Source: a virus (taxonomy: Duplodnaviria > Heunggongvirae > Uroviricota > Caudoviricetes). Taken from it: a stretch of DNA of 64,000 nucleotides. The stretch is taken from positions 15,774 through 79,773 of IMG/VR virus record IMGVR_UViG_3300013901_000006; one strand, written 5' to 3'. Made by a program: the position numbers and the translations under genes. The notes beneath the pieces were generated by a model. The model did not search any database and was not told the DNA's origin. It worked only from the letters and a program-made list of their open reading frames with translations. This document shows positions 18,501 through 31,346 of the stretch, piece after piece (positions within the stretch are counted from its first letter, which is position 1; every line of letters begins with the position of its first letter).

Positions 18501-21500
18501 ATGACCAACAGAAACAGTATAATTCTATTCTTGAGGACGAGATTGCGTTTAAGAAAGAATCAATTGATTTAGAGAGTAAATTACAAACGTCTGTAGATGC
18601 TACAAATTCTGCGTATAAACTGCGTAATCAAACACTAAGTAAAGACCTGGAACTTATTAAGGACGAAGAAGGTAACATTACTGGTGTAAATACTGCTGGG
18701 TTACAGAATGTTATTTCTAAAAGGGGTATTGATAGTCAATTAGATTATAATACTCCAATCGATAAAAAAGCGTTTGCAAGCTATAAAGCGGATGTTAATA
18801 CTGCTAGTGAAAGTTTTGCAGATAATTTAGCTCAAATTGGTAATATGAATATTGCCGAAGCGAAAAAGTATATGGAAGATTATATTGATGAGGTTTTTGG
18901 AGCTATTGGTACTATTGAAGAGCTTACGAAAGCCCATAAAATGAATAATGCAGAAAATCAAGAAGCAGTAGAATCTGTACGAGCATTAGTGAACGTTCTT
19001 TCAGATGAAGATGCGACAACATCTGAACTTCAAACTGCGTATCAAAGATTGTCAGAAGCTATGAATGCTGTAGAAAAAACAACAGACGGCTACAATAGTA
19101 AACTGGTAAAGACACAAGATGAATTAAATTCTTTGTCTTCTAAATTGCAGCAAACCGAATCTGCGTTTGATGCTGCAAAAGCCCGTGGAAAAGCTTTTGT
19201 TGAATCTATTAGTTTTGCAAGCGCAATTGCTCAAACATTACAATTTGCTGGTGCGGTTGGTAATCTTGCCTTCGCTTTTCAACAAATAAAAGATATTGGC
19301 GATATTTGGGACGATGATGATTTAACATCAGGAGAAAAGTTATTACAGACTTTAATGTCAATTGGCACAATTGCCCCTATGGTCGCGCAATCGCTATCTA
19401 CATTTAAAAATATTTTAAGTCTTGATAGTATAAAAACTTTAACAGGCGATTTAAAGAATATCGCAAAGACCGTCAATGGTGGTGGGGAGGCTGGTACAAC
19501 GGCAACTGAAGCTGCTGATACTATTGCTACTACTATGAACACCAAAGCAGAGCAAGATAATACAGTTGCTAAAAATGAGAATGCCACTGCCAAAGGCAAA
19601 AGCGCCATCGCTTCTGGAGAAGAAGCAAGTGCTGATGCGGCTGATACTACTGCAACCATTGCGAATACACAAGCAGAGAAACTAAATACTGCGGCAAAAG
19701 CAGAAGGTACCGTTGCAGCGCAAAACGCAGGAAAAGCCATAGAAGAAGTTGCTACAACTACTGCGGCAGGTTCTGGAATCTTTGCTACTTTAAAAGCGAC
19801 TATTGGCGGTTTGGCAGGCGCTTTTGGAGCGTTGGTTTCTGCCGCTTTGCCATATTTAGCTATAGGTGGGGCCATTGCAGGACTCGCATATCTTACTTGG
19901 AAAGATTTAAATCGTGATGCTATTGCCGCAGACGAAGCTCAAAAGGCTGCTAATGATTTAGCACAAACGGCGGGCGATGTCGCTACCGAATATCAAGAAA
20001 TCCAAAATTCTTATCAATCATTGCAAGACACAATTACGTCATATAAACAGTCAGAAGAAGCGGTAGATAAGCTTAAAAAGGGTACGACCGAATGGAAAGA
20101 TGCTCTGGCAGAAGCTAATAATAACGTGCTATCTCTTCTTAAATCATATCCGCAATTAGCAGGATATTTAAGAAAAGATTCTAACGGAAAGTTAAGCATT
20201 GCAGATGAAGGATTAGATAATTTACAAACAGAATTAGCTCAGCGTAATGCTTATGGACAAATGGCAGTTGCTATAGCACAAGATAAAGCAAATTCTGCCC
20301 AAATTGAAGCTAATAATAAAGAGCTACAGACGAAAATTAAGTTTACCGCTCGCAATGAAGCGATTAAAACAGACCCCAGAGATGTTTCACAACCAACACT
20401 TGCTGAAAACAATGGGGCTACGCATAATAAATATAGAGCTATAAATGATGATGAATTACAAGCTATTTATTCTATGCTTAAAGCCAAGGGCGATAATTCG
20501 ATTACTTCTAAAAGTGCAATTAAAGAAGCGTTAGCTGGCACATCGCAAGTCGGCAATTCTGAATTAATTAACGCTATTATAGAAAATGGCGATAAAATTG
20601 TTGCTCAATTAAAAGTAAACGAACAGCTTGATCAACAAAATAAAGAAGCCATGCGTAATGCGGCGCAAAATGCATTAAATAACACTGACGGCTATGACTC
20701 TAATCAAAAAAATAATCAAGCTGTTGTTGATTTAGTTGCTCAAGCAGCGTCTAATAATATTGATAAATACCAAAAAGATTTTGAATCACAAGATACAGAA
20801 ACTCTTGGAAAATTATATGCGCAGCAGCAAGGGTGGACTTATAAATCAGAAGATGGCGGTAAATATAAATTTACTGATGCTTCTGGACAAGAGCAAGAAG
20901 TTTCGAAAGAAGTTTTAACAAATTATCTTGCTGCGGCGAAAGCTATGAATGAAGCCGCTGCGAATTGGCAAGAAAGTGCTGCTCAAGTTGCTCAAATTTC
21001 TAATTCCGCTGTTGGTTCAAAATATGGCGAAGATGCTGTTAATGTAATTGCTAATGGAACTAAAAAAGGTGGATTTGATTTTTCATCTTTATCTGGCTCT
21101 GAAATTATGTCTTTACAAGAGTCTGATATTAGTGCTAGCTCTCTTGGTATTAGTGATGATTTTGCAAAACAAGCAGGTTTTAAAGATGCGAATGCTTATG
21201 CAGAAGCTTTTCAAAAAGCATTAAATGCATATGACTTTAGAGATAATGATTTTCTTGATTCTAATTGGGACAGTCAGAAAATAGCAGATAAATTATCTTC
21301 TGTTGGAGAAGATGCTTCTAAGCTTGATGAATACAAACAAGCATTAAAAGATACGAATTCAGAATTTAATAATTACGCATCAAGTGTTGAAAATAATAAT
21401 TTAGAACTTGAAAAACAGAATGAAGAACTTACTAATTCAAATAAGGCTTTAGATGCTTCCAGCGATGAATGGAAAGCGAATCGCAAACAAATAGATGATA

Positions 21501-24500
21501 ATAATAAAGCTATCCAAAAAGCCAATGACAGATATGATGAGCTTGCTGCAAAAATTGTCGTTGCGCAAGATGGTATGGATGGATTAAAAAAGATTTTTGA
21601 GGAAACGCAGAATCCACTTGAAGGATTGGACCAAAATTCTGCTGATTATACAAATACTATTGAGCAAATTTCTGAATCGCTTCAAAATATGCTTAACATT
21701 GACATGTCAAATTGGTCACTTGGAGATAAAGCGTCTTTCATTTCATCTAATTTAGATGATATTAGAGCTGCTGCCGAAGGTGATATTGACGCACTACAAC
21801 GTCTTCGTGAAGCTGCCGCATCGCAAATTTTGATTGAAGCTGGTATTTCTCCAAATACAGATGCGAATTTGTATAATGGAATGATGTCCATTATATCTTG
21901 GGTTAATAGTCAGCTGCCAGACCTTGAAGCTGGTGCGACTATTGACACTGGTCCGTTTATTGAAAAGCTTCAAGAGATGATTTCAGAAGGGCATTATACT
22001 GCTAGTGAGTTAGAGACTATTTTTAAAGCTCTTGAAGGACTTGGTTTAGACTGCTACATTGACTATGAAGCAACTGATATTAGTTTGCCTGAAATTGAAG
22101 ATTCTGCTAAAAAGGCAGCAAAAGGAGCTAAAAATATCGCTGAAGCTGTTGGTGCTACTATTGGCTCAACCATAGGCAGCGTTAAAAGGTCTATCGCTTT
22201 GCCGAAAATTAAATCTGTTGTTAAAATGCCAAATAGTTCCGGTTCGCATAATACAGGCGGAAGCGGAGGAAAAGGCTTAGGCTCAACGGGTGGTTCTGGT
22301 GGAAGTGGAGGAAATAAAGGCGGCTCTGGTGGAGGTTCCGGCTCTGGTGGAGGTTCCGGCTCTTCGTATACCGCTAAAGAGAAAAAAGAAATAGATAATG
22401 AAATTGACTTATATGAACGTGTTAATACTATTCTTGAAAAGGTCAATAATCAATATGAACAGCTCAATAAAGAACGCGAACGTTTAACCGGTAAAAAGCT
22501 TGCGGAAAATATTTCCAAAGAGACTGCATTATTACAGCGTCAAATTGATGTTCAAAAAGAAAAGCAACAGATTCAGAATAAGGAAGCTGCTGATTTACGG
22601 AATGAGCTTTCTTCTAATTATGGGGTACAATTTGATTCCGAGGGATATATCGCCAATTATGCAGATGTATATAACAAGTTAGTTAATAAAGTTAATGAGC
22701 TTGGAGCTAAATATCCTACATTGACCTCTGATGACCAAGAAAAAGCTTTAGATAAAGAGTATGAAGCAGCAGAAAAAGCGCTTGATAAATTCAACACCAA
22801 ATATAAGAGGTATGACGAACTCTTCGCTGGCGATATGGAAGATACAAAAAAGTCAATTGAAGATTTACAAGATTCAATTGAAGATTTGCGAATCAATGTA
22901 CTTAAAACACAAGTTGAAGCTATGGATAATCTTAAAGATATTCAAGAAAAACTTGTAGATTTTGACCGCGCTTTTAATCGTGGCATTGAGCTTACTCCAT
23001 ATGAAGAAGCGCAAGATAGTATCGCAAAACTTGGTAAATACTTTGATGTTGCGACCATGAGTGCAAATGAGTATTATGATACTTTAATCAAAGACCAAGA
23101 GGAAGCGATGAATGCGGAAGGTACTTCCGACGCATATAAGAAATGGGCTTCCAATCGCATTGCAAATCTAAAGGCCGCGAAAGACCGCGCATTGGCGGGA
23201 GATACTTCTGTAGATTATTACGGCACTGGTTATTTTGATATGTCTATGAAAAATCTTACAGATATTTCAGAGCAGATGAAGCAATTCAATGAAACCGGTA
23301 CCTCTGACATATTCGGTGAAGATTCAGCTGACCTGTATGACGTTGCCAAGACAGTATATGAACAGGCTACCAGCCTTGTTTCTGACTATTGGTCTGAAAT
23401 TGAAAATCTTCATGGTCATATTACTGATATGATTGACGACATTTCAGATAGAATGGACCGCCGCAAAGACCAATATGAAGCTATTACCGATGAATTACAG
23501 CACCAAGCAGATATTATTGAGCTTCTTCATGGTGAGGAATCATATGATGATTTAAATAAGGTCCTTGGTGCGCAGCAGAATAATTATCGTGTTGAACTTT
23601 CTGAACTCATGCAGCAGCGTGACGTTTGGAAAGATATGCTGGGTACTCTTGAAGAGGGTTCCGAAGAATGGAATACTGTTTCAGACAAGATTAAAGACGC
23701 TACTAGCGATATTAATGACCTTATTAAAGATTCTTTAGACAATCTACAGCAGCAATATACAAATACTGTTTCCAAGATTACAAAGGCATGGACAAATAAA
23801 GCTGTCGGAACAGACCTTGATTGGATGAATACTCAGTGGGAGTTAATTAATCGCAATGCTGATTACTATCTTGATGATGTGAATAAATCTTATAACATTC
23901 AAAAGTTACAAGGCAAATATCTTGACCTTTTGGATAACTCAAATGATTTATCTATTCAGCAAAAGATTACCAATCAAATGAAAGAACAATTGTCTTACCT
24001 GCGGGATAAGACGAAACTTTCTGAGTATGATGTTAATTATGCTAATGCTCAGTTAGAAATTCTCCAAAAGCAGATTGCCCTTGAAGAAGCACAACGTAAC
24101 AAGTCTCAAATGAAGCTACGTCGTGATACGCAAGGCAATTATTCTTACGTATATACCGCGAATGATGACAATGTACGCAGTGCGCAATCTGATTTACTTG
24201 ATGCTCAGAACAATGCGTATAATCTTTCCAAAGACCAGATGAAGCAAACTCAGTCTGATTCTTTATCAGCACTACAGGATGCTCAATCTACAATCAATGA
24301 TATTTGGAATAATGCAAATCTTTCTCTTGAAGAAAAGACTGCCCGCACAAAGACTATTGTTGATTCGCTGAAAGAGTATCTAGCTGGCACAAGCGAACAG
24401 CTATCTACGTCTGAAAAGAACATCATCAATGATTTCATTGGTATGTGCGACATGCTCACCGATGAAAACAAGAATAATCTACAAGATACTTACGACCAGA

Positions 24501-25558
24501 TTATTCAGGGTAACAATGATGCATTCGACCAAATTGATACTCGTTGGTCTACTTCAATTTCTGATTGGCTACAGAATATTGATGACTTCAATACCAGTAC
24601 CGATGATATGTTTAATCAGCTTGTTAAGAATGGTCAAGATTACGCAGATAGCACCAAAGAATTAGCAGATATTGCAAAAACTAACTTCGACGATGTAAGT
24701 GGCGCAATTGAAAATACCAATAAAAAGACAGAAGAGCTTGCCAAGAGCACAACAGACTTCATCAATAAGTTGAAAGACATGTCTGGCGAAGTCGCTAAGA
24801 GTGAAGCAACGATGCAAGATTATGCGAACCGTATTCTTGACGCAAACAATAATATGCAAGCCTTTAAACAGCAAGCAGATGATTTGGCGAACCAGCTCTC
24901 TAAGAAGGAACAGGAAAACGCTGACCTTAAAACCACTATTTCCAATTATGAGAAATATGGTCAAGCTACAGTTCCTACGTCAGGTGGAGCAGGTGGCGGT
25001 ACAAGCGAGGAAATCGCTTTCGGTATCGCACAAAATATCTGGACTTATGGTTCTTGGGCTAATGACCCAGTGCGCCGCAACCGCATCATTGAACGCTACG
25101 GTGAAGGGGTTGCAAATCGTGCGCAACAGATTGTAAATGAATATATTTACAGTGGACGTGCGGCTCAACTTTATAACCCAGCTTCTGGTGCCTATGGCTA
25201 TGATACTGGTGGTTATACTGGCACATGGAGCGACAAGACGGCAGAAAAGAAAGATGGCAAACTCGCTTTCCTGCATCAGAAAGAGCTTGTTCTTAATTCT
25301 ACAGACACAGCGAATATTTTGGCAGCGGTTGAAGCAGTTAGGAATTTTGCCAATAGCGTCAAATCTAATGCTATTTCTTCTTCTCTTGGTGCGGCAATCA
25401 GTCAGCTTGCCCGCACAAAAGATGATGGAAATAACTCTATTGAGCAGAATGTTCATATTACTGCTGAATTCCCTGCGGCCAATAGCGCTGCTGAAATTGA
25501 ATCTGCATTAATGTCTCTGAACGACAGAGCTGTACAATATGCTTATAAGATTCGATAA
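15537..25558 (+). CDS. Tape measure protein (about 2,923 aa spliced), split by one group I intron
   Basis: Exons 15537-16522 and 17773-25558 join as ...NIGNGL|KTIFARFSDL... The TP901-type TMP core (AQIATIESVTREDASNIGNGLKTIFAR) is followed by long coiled-coil/amphipathic repeats. Confidence 0.9.
16523..17772 (+). mobile_element. Group I intron in the tape measure gene
   Basis: P1 GCCT|TA pairs with TAGGGC (U.G at the splice site); core motifs AAGCTGGGAAA, AATCAGCA, TTCAACGACTA and AAGATATAGTCT; terminal G at 17772. Confidence 0.9.
16728..17615 (+). CDS. Intron-encoded endonuclease: repeated CxxC zinc-ribbon units + C-terminal Vsr/DUF559-like PD-(D/E)xK domain
   Basis: Multiple CxxC pairs; SMGEQRIKRLL...HFDFAV...FIEVQGEQHF...DNKKRKYC motif. 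Confidence 0.75.
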   Translation: MAKKITQEEFEKRFYNNYPKCNITVLEYTSISRPAKVCCNVCGKIHTRSTARQFINGFDCCHAHDETRLEKVQRLLKDSEDFEFIKQIDRDNIIVKHKTCGNEMKRALNACLDNPYACKYCDTRKKNNMLTVDEVQKIIDDRFGGTIKLLQYNGQLDKNYYRCTKCGKIFVQKQTCLMQSNGCPTCDRFKSMGEQRIKRLLESKGIRYIEQYYTPDLPLQHFDFAVVDDADNVLYFIEVQGEQHFKENNYFNTSLEVQQFRDNKKRKYCKENNIKLYEILYFKSKFKNLEILPFL

Positions 25559-25620
25559 TTTTGGGCAAAAGTTTATAATTGAATAATTCTAGTTTTGATA
25601 TGTCTTAGGACATAATTTAT

Positions 25621-25654
25621 AGCGGGAGAGCTTATGTTCTCCCGCTTTATTTTT
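25621..25654 (+). terminator. Rho-independent terminator
   Basis: AGCGGGAGA/TCTCCCGCT stem + T-rich tail. Confidence 0.7.
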
Positions 25655-25669
25655 TAGAAAGAAAAGGAG

Positions 25670-28600
25670 TTGACAATGGCGAATTTACAAGATGCTATTC
25701 TTAATGCTGTTGATACGGTAGTTGCCAACAGAGTATCGCAAATAGCAACGGACAAAACAGTTACCGCCACTGTCGCTGGTTGCACTAATTCTTTGACGGG
25801 TGAATATCTTGTTTCCTACAATGGCGGCAAGCTGAAAGCCTATGCGCAAGAAGGGAATACGTATACACAAGGGCAATCTGTATATATATTGATTCCAGAG
25901 GGCGATTTTTCAAAGAAGAAAAATATTGTAGGTGTTGCTCAGGCGGCAGAAGATGATAATAATATCAGCTTTGTGTCTTCTGCTATTAGCAATTACAATC
26001 TTATTGGCCGCAATTGTCTTAGTGATAAATATAAAGTTACTCCTGCTGGATTGCGCTCGTATAAAAAAGAAGATTATAAGGTTTTATATAAATATAATGA
26101 AGATGTGAATGCGGCGCACGATGCTTTTCTATCAATTGATGTTGAAGAATTAGAAAATAACATCAAGCAAGCTGAAGCGATTTTAATCGAAGCGTCTTTC
26201 CGCACATCTCTACCAAGAGAACATAAATTAACTAAAACTGGTGAATATGGTTTAACTTTTATTTTAGCTTTTAATGACGGTGATGCTACAGATGATGAAG
26301 GTAAGCCATTAATTAAAAAACTATCTTATACTATTGATAGTAATTCAATGACTGGTTCGCCTTTACAATATCAAACTTATTTTGACCAATATCAAATTTT
26401 TCCAATCGATGTGGAAAATTTCTTATATATTGACCAGATTATTTTCTATTGCAAGAACTTTGTTGAAAAAACAGACGCTATTCAAGCACAAGATAGGCCT
26501 ATTGGTTGGGGCGATGATATATTCATCCAAGATGTAGAGTTCTATGGTTTGCGGAAAATCACTGCAACGAATGGTGACTATATGCTGCGCCTATCTATGC
26601 CAAAAGGTTCTACGTTCAGAGATTCTACCGCAAATTCAAGTCTTGGTGTGACAGGCACCTTGCGGCACAAGAATGAAGATTTGTCTAGTGACGCTATGTT
26701 TTATTGGTTTAGAGAAGATGGCAGAGTAACAGCATCTTCAAAGAACTATAAGATGTACGGTGGCTCTGGTTGGGCGTATTTGGATGATAAAGGTAATAGA
26801 TATAATTTTTCTACTACTGGTGCGGAAAATCGCGCATATGAAAATAAATATATGTGCGTTTGCGTATATAAAGAGCAGATGGTTTTAAAGGAAACTTTTG
26901 TTTTATATAATGAAGCTGCTAAACGTAATATTTCTATTGAATCTTCTCTTGGCGTTAAATTTTCATTTGACCGTGGAGAACCTACATTAACTTGTCTTTT
27001 GGACGGTAAAAAAGATTCTTTTGAGGCTGGAAAAGCCAATGGGCATCCAGATGATTATTTTAGATTTGTATGGTCTAAAATTGATGAATATAATCAAGTG
27101 TTATCTTTCTCAGAGACAAAAGAGTCTTTACAAAAAAGATATGAACAAGGTCTAAAAGACGGAATAGGATATAATAATCTTTCTGCTTTAAAAAATCAAA
27201 TGGCGGCACTTGAAGGAGCTTCTTGGGACAAAAATACTTTAACGTATCCCGTTAAGGGCATTGATTCATCTGCTACATTTAAATGTGCAGTTTATCTTCG
27301 TGATAGACAACCAACAGGTAATGAATCTGTTGAAGATGTTGAATATGCCATTGGCACGGCAACGATTGTGCTAAAGAATGCATCTGCCGCAGACCCGACA
27401 GATTATTATATCACTATTGAAAATGGTGACCAAGTATTCCAATACTCTGAATCTGGCGTATCTCCTGATGATGATAGATACCAAGACCCATTAGAGATTA
27501 AAACTTTAACTTGTCATTTCTTTGACCCTGCGGGGCTTGAAGTAAATAAAGACACATATGACCTTAAATGGCGAGTGCCGCTAGAGAATACGATGATTAC
27601 TTTACCAAAAGAAGGAATGATTTTAAATCAGTCTAATGGTAAAATTGAATATTGCGTGTCTCAATTATATCCGATGGCAATTGCGGCAAATTATGATTAT
27701 TCAGCAGTGTCCAATCAGGTTGAAGCCGTTGTTACTTATCAGGGTGTTACTTATACTCAAAGTACTGACTTTCTATTTACAAAAGTTGGAGAAAATGGTA
27801 CCAATGGTACAGACATTGTAGCTAAGATTTCTCCAACAGCCAAGAATTTAAAAAATAAGGCTCTTGCTTTGGTGTATGATAAAGCTACAAGAAAGCCTGA
27901 GTGGAATAGCGGTCAAACGATTTCGCAGCAGGTTTTAAATTTTCAACTATATCAGCGCAATGAAAAGATTGAAATTGAAAATAGCCCTGTATGGTCTATG
28001 GGCTATGGTCAGTCTAAATATATGAGCTGTGATGGCGGCGTTGTATCATATAGCTTTGACGGATATTCTAAGAAATTTATGAATCAAATAGTCAAGGCGC
28101 AAGTTAACTACACTGTTGGAGATAGTTCATATAAATATTATGCATTTTATGGAATTCCAGTAATTAAGTATGCGGCAAAGGAGCATTTGGACACAATCCA
28201 AATTGATAAAAACTCATTACTGAAATCAATTACATACAATGCGGATGGCCGCAATCCATTGTATAATAAAAATCAAGGCGTTAAACTCATATGCGGCAAA
28301 GATGCCAGCGATTTAAGTAGCTTATATTTTGAATGGATAGCAGAAGGTGGAGAGCCTACAAAATCTGGTCAAACGTATGATGAAAATCCACGAAATGCTT
28401 GCTTTAAGATAATTAAAGAAAAAGATACCGCAGAGTCTTTCATTACTACTGGTAAGGTTCAAGGCTTATCTGAAATTTATATTCTGCCTAATGATATATA
28501 CGATGGCGAATATGGAAACAATTTAATCCATTGTAAAATTTACAATAGTGCGGTAGATACCAATCCGTTTGTTGAGCTTTATATTCCTATTTATATGTCG

Positions 28601-30796
28601 CTTAACACTTATGGATTAAAATCTTTAAATGATTGGGATGGAAATCATCTTGAAATCAACGAAGACGAAAACTATATCTTAGCGCCGCAAATAGGTGCTG
28701 GCGAAAAGGATAAAGAAAATAAATTTACTGGTGTTGTGATGGGAACATCTAAGACCTATGACAGTGATAAATCTAGTGTTGGTCTTATGGGTTATTCTCA
28801 TGGCAAACAATCTATTTTCTTAGATGCTGAAAGTGGTTCTGCAACTTTTGGTTTGCCGGAACAACAGGCATCTCAAAATAATCATTTCGAGGAAGGTCGC
28901 ATTAAATTAATTCCGGGTGGTGAAAGCTACATCGGTGCATGGAGAATCGGTTCTCGCGCATTATACAATATTGCAAATGCCGAGACAGATGAAAATGGCA
29001 ACTTTACAGAAGCAAAAGTAGACAAGCCATACACAGAGTATCCTGTGAAAGACTCTCAGTTTTCAATTCCATCAGATAAGCAGGGCCTTATCTTAGGGGC
29101 TAATCCAGCATATATCTCGGTTAAAGGCAAGCCGTTAACCAAACAAAATTCAAGTATCGAGTTTGATGGGGCAAATGCCGCGCTTGCCGAAGGCGATAGT
29201 CTTGAAGTGGAAATTGACCCGCGTAAAGATTCAACCTTTTCAATTTATAGGCATTATAAAAAAGATAATAAATGGCATAGATACCCGCTTGTCGGTATCA
29301 ATCAATTTGGTCAATTCTACACAAATGCAATACAAGACCAAGAGTCTTCAATGGGTATCGGTAAGATTGGTGCTTTTGGTAAACGTGCTCTTGACGCAAA
29401 ATATATTGGTGCGCAGTTTGGTTGGGCAGATACGAATCTATTTAAATTCTTTGTTGATGGTACTACGTCGAAAGCAGAGAAAGAAACAACAGATTTGTAT
29501 TTGACTACTGGTACAAAGATTACCGATGAATATCCAAGAGGTTTTAATATCTATGGTAGTCATTTGAATATGTATGCGCCAGATACGGGAAAGAAGACAG
29601 CCACAAGTTCAACGCATAGGCTCCATATAGACCCTGATAAAATAGAACTTGGTCATGAAAAATCTTATCTAAGCCTTTCCGCAAAATCATCTGAAACGTC
29701 TTCTCTACTATTGGATAATCATTTTAAGTATGAAAATCCAAAAGATAGAAAGACAGAAATGTCTACAGGTGATTTTACTTTGTCTGCTACTGGTACTCCA
29801 AAAGATGATACAGAAGATAAAGAAGGTAAAATTACATATAATATTGGTGGTAATTTGCGGCTAAAGGCTACGAATTCAATTATTAATTCTGCCGATAATA
29901 ATTTTAATATTAGTGCTGGTAAAGATTATCACATGTCTTCAAAAGCATTTAGTTCAAATACCCATTCTAATACTGGACACTGGCTGCTCGGTGCGAACAA
30001 TTCTAAAGCGTATTTAGACTTTAATAATAACAATGGTGAGAAGACACAGCTTGTAGGCCAAGCGCTTAAACTTTATTCTACTGCTGGTGGTGGTATCGAA
30101 GTAAGAAGCGATGTGGCCGCAGAAGGAATTAAAATGGTTGCCACTGCTATTAAAGACAATGAAACAGATAGTGGTGTTTCATTCTCTATGATTCCTTCTT
30201 CTGGTGGTAATAGCCATTTCTTTATTCGAAGCGGTACAGGGACTATTGAATCATCTTATGATGATGTTCCCAACATCGGTAAACGCACACATGTCAATAT
30301 TGGACATGGTATCTTAACAAATTGGGGAGAATTCCAAGGGACTCCTGGCGGCAATTCAACAACATCAATTTTTGCCGCACGTGATGTGCGGTCACTTGAT
30401 GGTTGGATGTATGCAAATGAATTCTATTATAATGGCGGCTATTCACATAATTGTATGGGTGCCAATAGAAGTTCAAGTAAGGTTTCTGACCATCTTGGAT
30501 GTATTTACGATTTGTTAAATTATTTACAAAATAAATTGAATCAAGAAATACAAAATAGACAAAATGATGTAAATGATGCTCGTAGAAAGGCTAATGCGGC
30601 ACAGGCTTCTGCTGATACGGCGCAGGCCACAGCAAATAGTAAACTTGATACTAGTACATTTAATGAGCATACTCACAAAGTTAATATGGAAGATAATCAG
30701 CATTTCTGGGCAGCAGATTCTAGAGAAGGAAAAGCCACTAAATTTATTGGAATTATTTCTGCTAAAGCTAGCGTTATTAACACATCTAAACCATAA
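25670..30796 (+). CDS. Large tail tip / central tail protein
   Basis: 1708-aa beta-rich protein following the TMP, with a C-terminal coiled coil. Confidence 0.55.
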   Translation: MTMANLQDAILNAVDTVVANRVSQIATDKTVTATVAGCTNSLTGEYLVSYNGGKLKAYAQEGNTYTQGQSVYILIPEGDFSKKKNIVGVAQAAEDDNNISFVSSAISNYNLIGRNCLSDKYKVTPAGLRSYKKEDYKVLYKYNEDVNAAHDAFLSIDVEELENNIKQAEAILIEASFRTSLPREHKLTKTGEYGLTFILAFNDGDATDDEGKPLIKKLSYTIDSNSMTGSPLQYQTYFDQYQIFPIDVENFLYIDQIIFYCKNFVEKTDAIQAQDRPIGWGDDIFIQDVEFYGLRKITATNGDYMLRLSMPKGSTFRDSTANSSLGVTGTLRHKNEDLSSDAMFYWFREDGRVTASSKNYKMYGGSGWAYLDDKGNRYNFSTTGAENRAYENKYMCVCVYKEQMVLKETFVLYNEAAKRNISIESSLGVKFSFDRGEPTLTCLLDGKKDSFEAGKANGHPDDYFRFVWSKIDEYNQVLSFSETKESLQKRYEQGLKDGIGYNNLSALKNQMAALEGASWDKNTLTYPVKGIDSSATFKCAVYLRDRQPTGNESVEDVEYAIGTATIVLKNASAADPTDYYITIENGDQVFQYSESGVSPDDDRYQDPLEIKTLTCHFFDPAGLEVNKDTYDLKWRVPLENTMITLPKEGMILNQSNGKIEYCVSQLYPMAIAANYDYSAVSNQVEAVVTYQGVTYTQSTDFLFTKVGENGTNGTDIVAKISPTAKNLKNKALALVYDKATRKPEWNSGQTISQQVLNFQLYQRNEKIEIENSPVWSMGYGQSKYMSCDGGVVSYSFDGYSKKFMNQIVKAQVNYTVGDSSYKYYAFYGIPVIKYAAKEHLDTIQIDKNSLLKSITYNADGRNPLYNKNQGVKLICGKDASDLSSLYFEWIAEGGEPTKSGQTYDENPRNACFKIIKEKDTAESFITTGKVQGLSEIYILPNDIYDGEYGNNLIHCKIYNSAVDTNPFVELYIPIYMSLNTYGLKSLNDWDGNHLEINEDENYILAPQIGAGEKDKENKFTGVVMGTSKTYDSDKSSVGLMGYSHGKQSIFLDAESGSATFGLPEQQASQNNHFEEGRIKLIPGGESYIGAWRIGSRALYNIANAETDENGNFTEAKVDKPYTEYPVKDSQFSIPSDKQGLILGANPAYISVKGKPLTKQNSSIEFDGANAALAEGDSLEVEIDPRKDSTFSIYRHYKKDNKWHRYPLVGINQFGQFYTNAIQDQESSMGIGKIGAFGKRALDAKYIGAQFGWADTNLFKFFVDGTTSKAEKETTDLYLTTGTKITDEYPRGFNIYGSHLNMYAPDTGKKTATSSTHRLHIDPDKIELGHEKSYLSLSAKSSETSSLLLDNHFKYENPKDRKTEMSTGDFTLSATGTPKDDTEDKEGKITYNIGGNLRLKATNSIINSADNNFNISAGKDYHMSSKAFSSNTHSNTGHWLLGANNSKAYLDFNNNNGEKTQLVGQALKLYSTAGGGIEVRSDVAAEGIKMVATAIKDNETDSGVSFSMIPSSGGNSHFFIRSGTGTIESSYDDVPNIGKRTHVNIGHGILTNWGEFQGTPGGNSTTSIFAARDVRSLDGWMYANEFYYNGGYSHNCMGANRSSSKVSDHLGCIYDLLNYLQNKLNQEIQNRQNDVNDARRKANAAQASADTAQATANSKLDTSTFNEHTHKVNMEDNQHFWAADSREGKATKFIGIISAKASVINTSKP

Positions 30797-30821
30797 CAAT
30801 TATAAAAGGAGATAAAAGGAT

Positions 30822-31073
30822 ATGAACGAATTAGAAGTACGTATGAGGGTTCATGCTCTTGTAAAAAATATGGTACACAATTTTATGGCATCAAATAATG
30901 TTTCTGCCACTGTAATGGTAGACGCATTAAATGATGTACTTGTTGAACTTTATCCTATGGTTCAGAGCGAGATGCTTCAAGCTCTTGATGAAGCCAATTT
31001 TAAAGCTCAACAGGAACAACAAAATCCAACCCAAGAGCTAAAAGCCACTCCAAAGAAGAAAGAAGATAAATAA
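30822..31073 (+). CDS. Hypothetical protein
   Basis: 83 aa with SD. Confidence 0.55.
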   Translation: MNELEVRMRVHALVKNMVHNFMASNNVSATVMVDALNDVLVELYPMVQSEMLQALDEANFKAQQEQQNPTQELKATPKKKEDK

Positions 31074-31330
31074 TGGCTGTAAAATCTTTTGTTAAAAAGG
31101 TTGGTCAAAAGGCTAAAGACGGTTCACTCACTATGCCTTACTCTGAATTTGGAGTTGGTTTTGAAAATGTAGTGGACACTCGTAGCGGTAAGGGTAATTA
31201 TTCTCTTGCTCAATTTTTTGATAATTACATTAATTATATGGAGAGTACGACATTTGTATATACTGGCAAAACGCAACCAGCCAATACTCATGTCGGTATC
31301 TGGATTGATACAAGTTCTTCAAATCAATAG
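31073..31330 (+). CDS. Small tail protein ending in a TQP...IWID motif
   Basis: TAATG coupling; 85 aa. Confidence 0.55.
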   Translation: MAVKSFVKKVGQKAKDGSLTMPYSEFGVGFENVVDTRSGKGNYSLAQFFDNYINYMESTTFVYTGKTQPANTHVGIWIDTSSSNQ

Positions 31331-31346
31331 AAAGGAAGGGTAAAGT

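Noticed and set aside
22245-22365. Gly/Ser-rich repeat in the TMP (GGSGGGSGS, 18-bp duplication)
   Set aside because: An ordinary flexible linker within the TMP, with no sign of a separate element.
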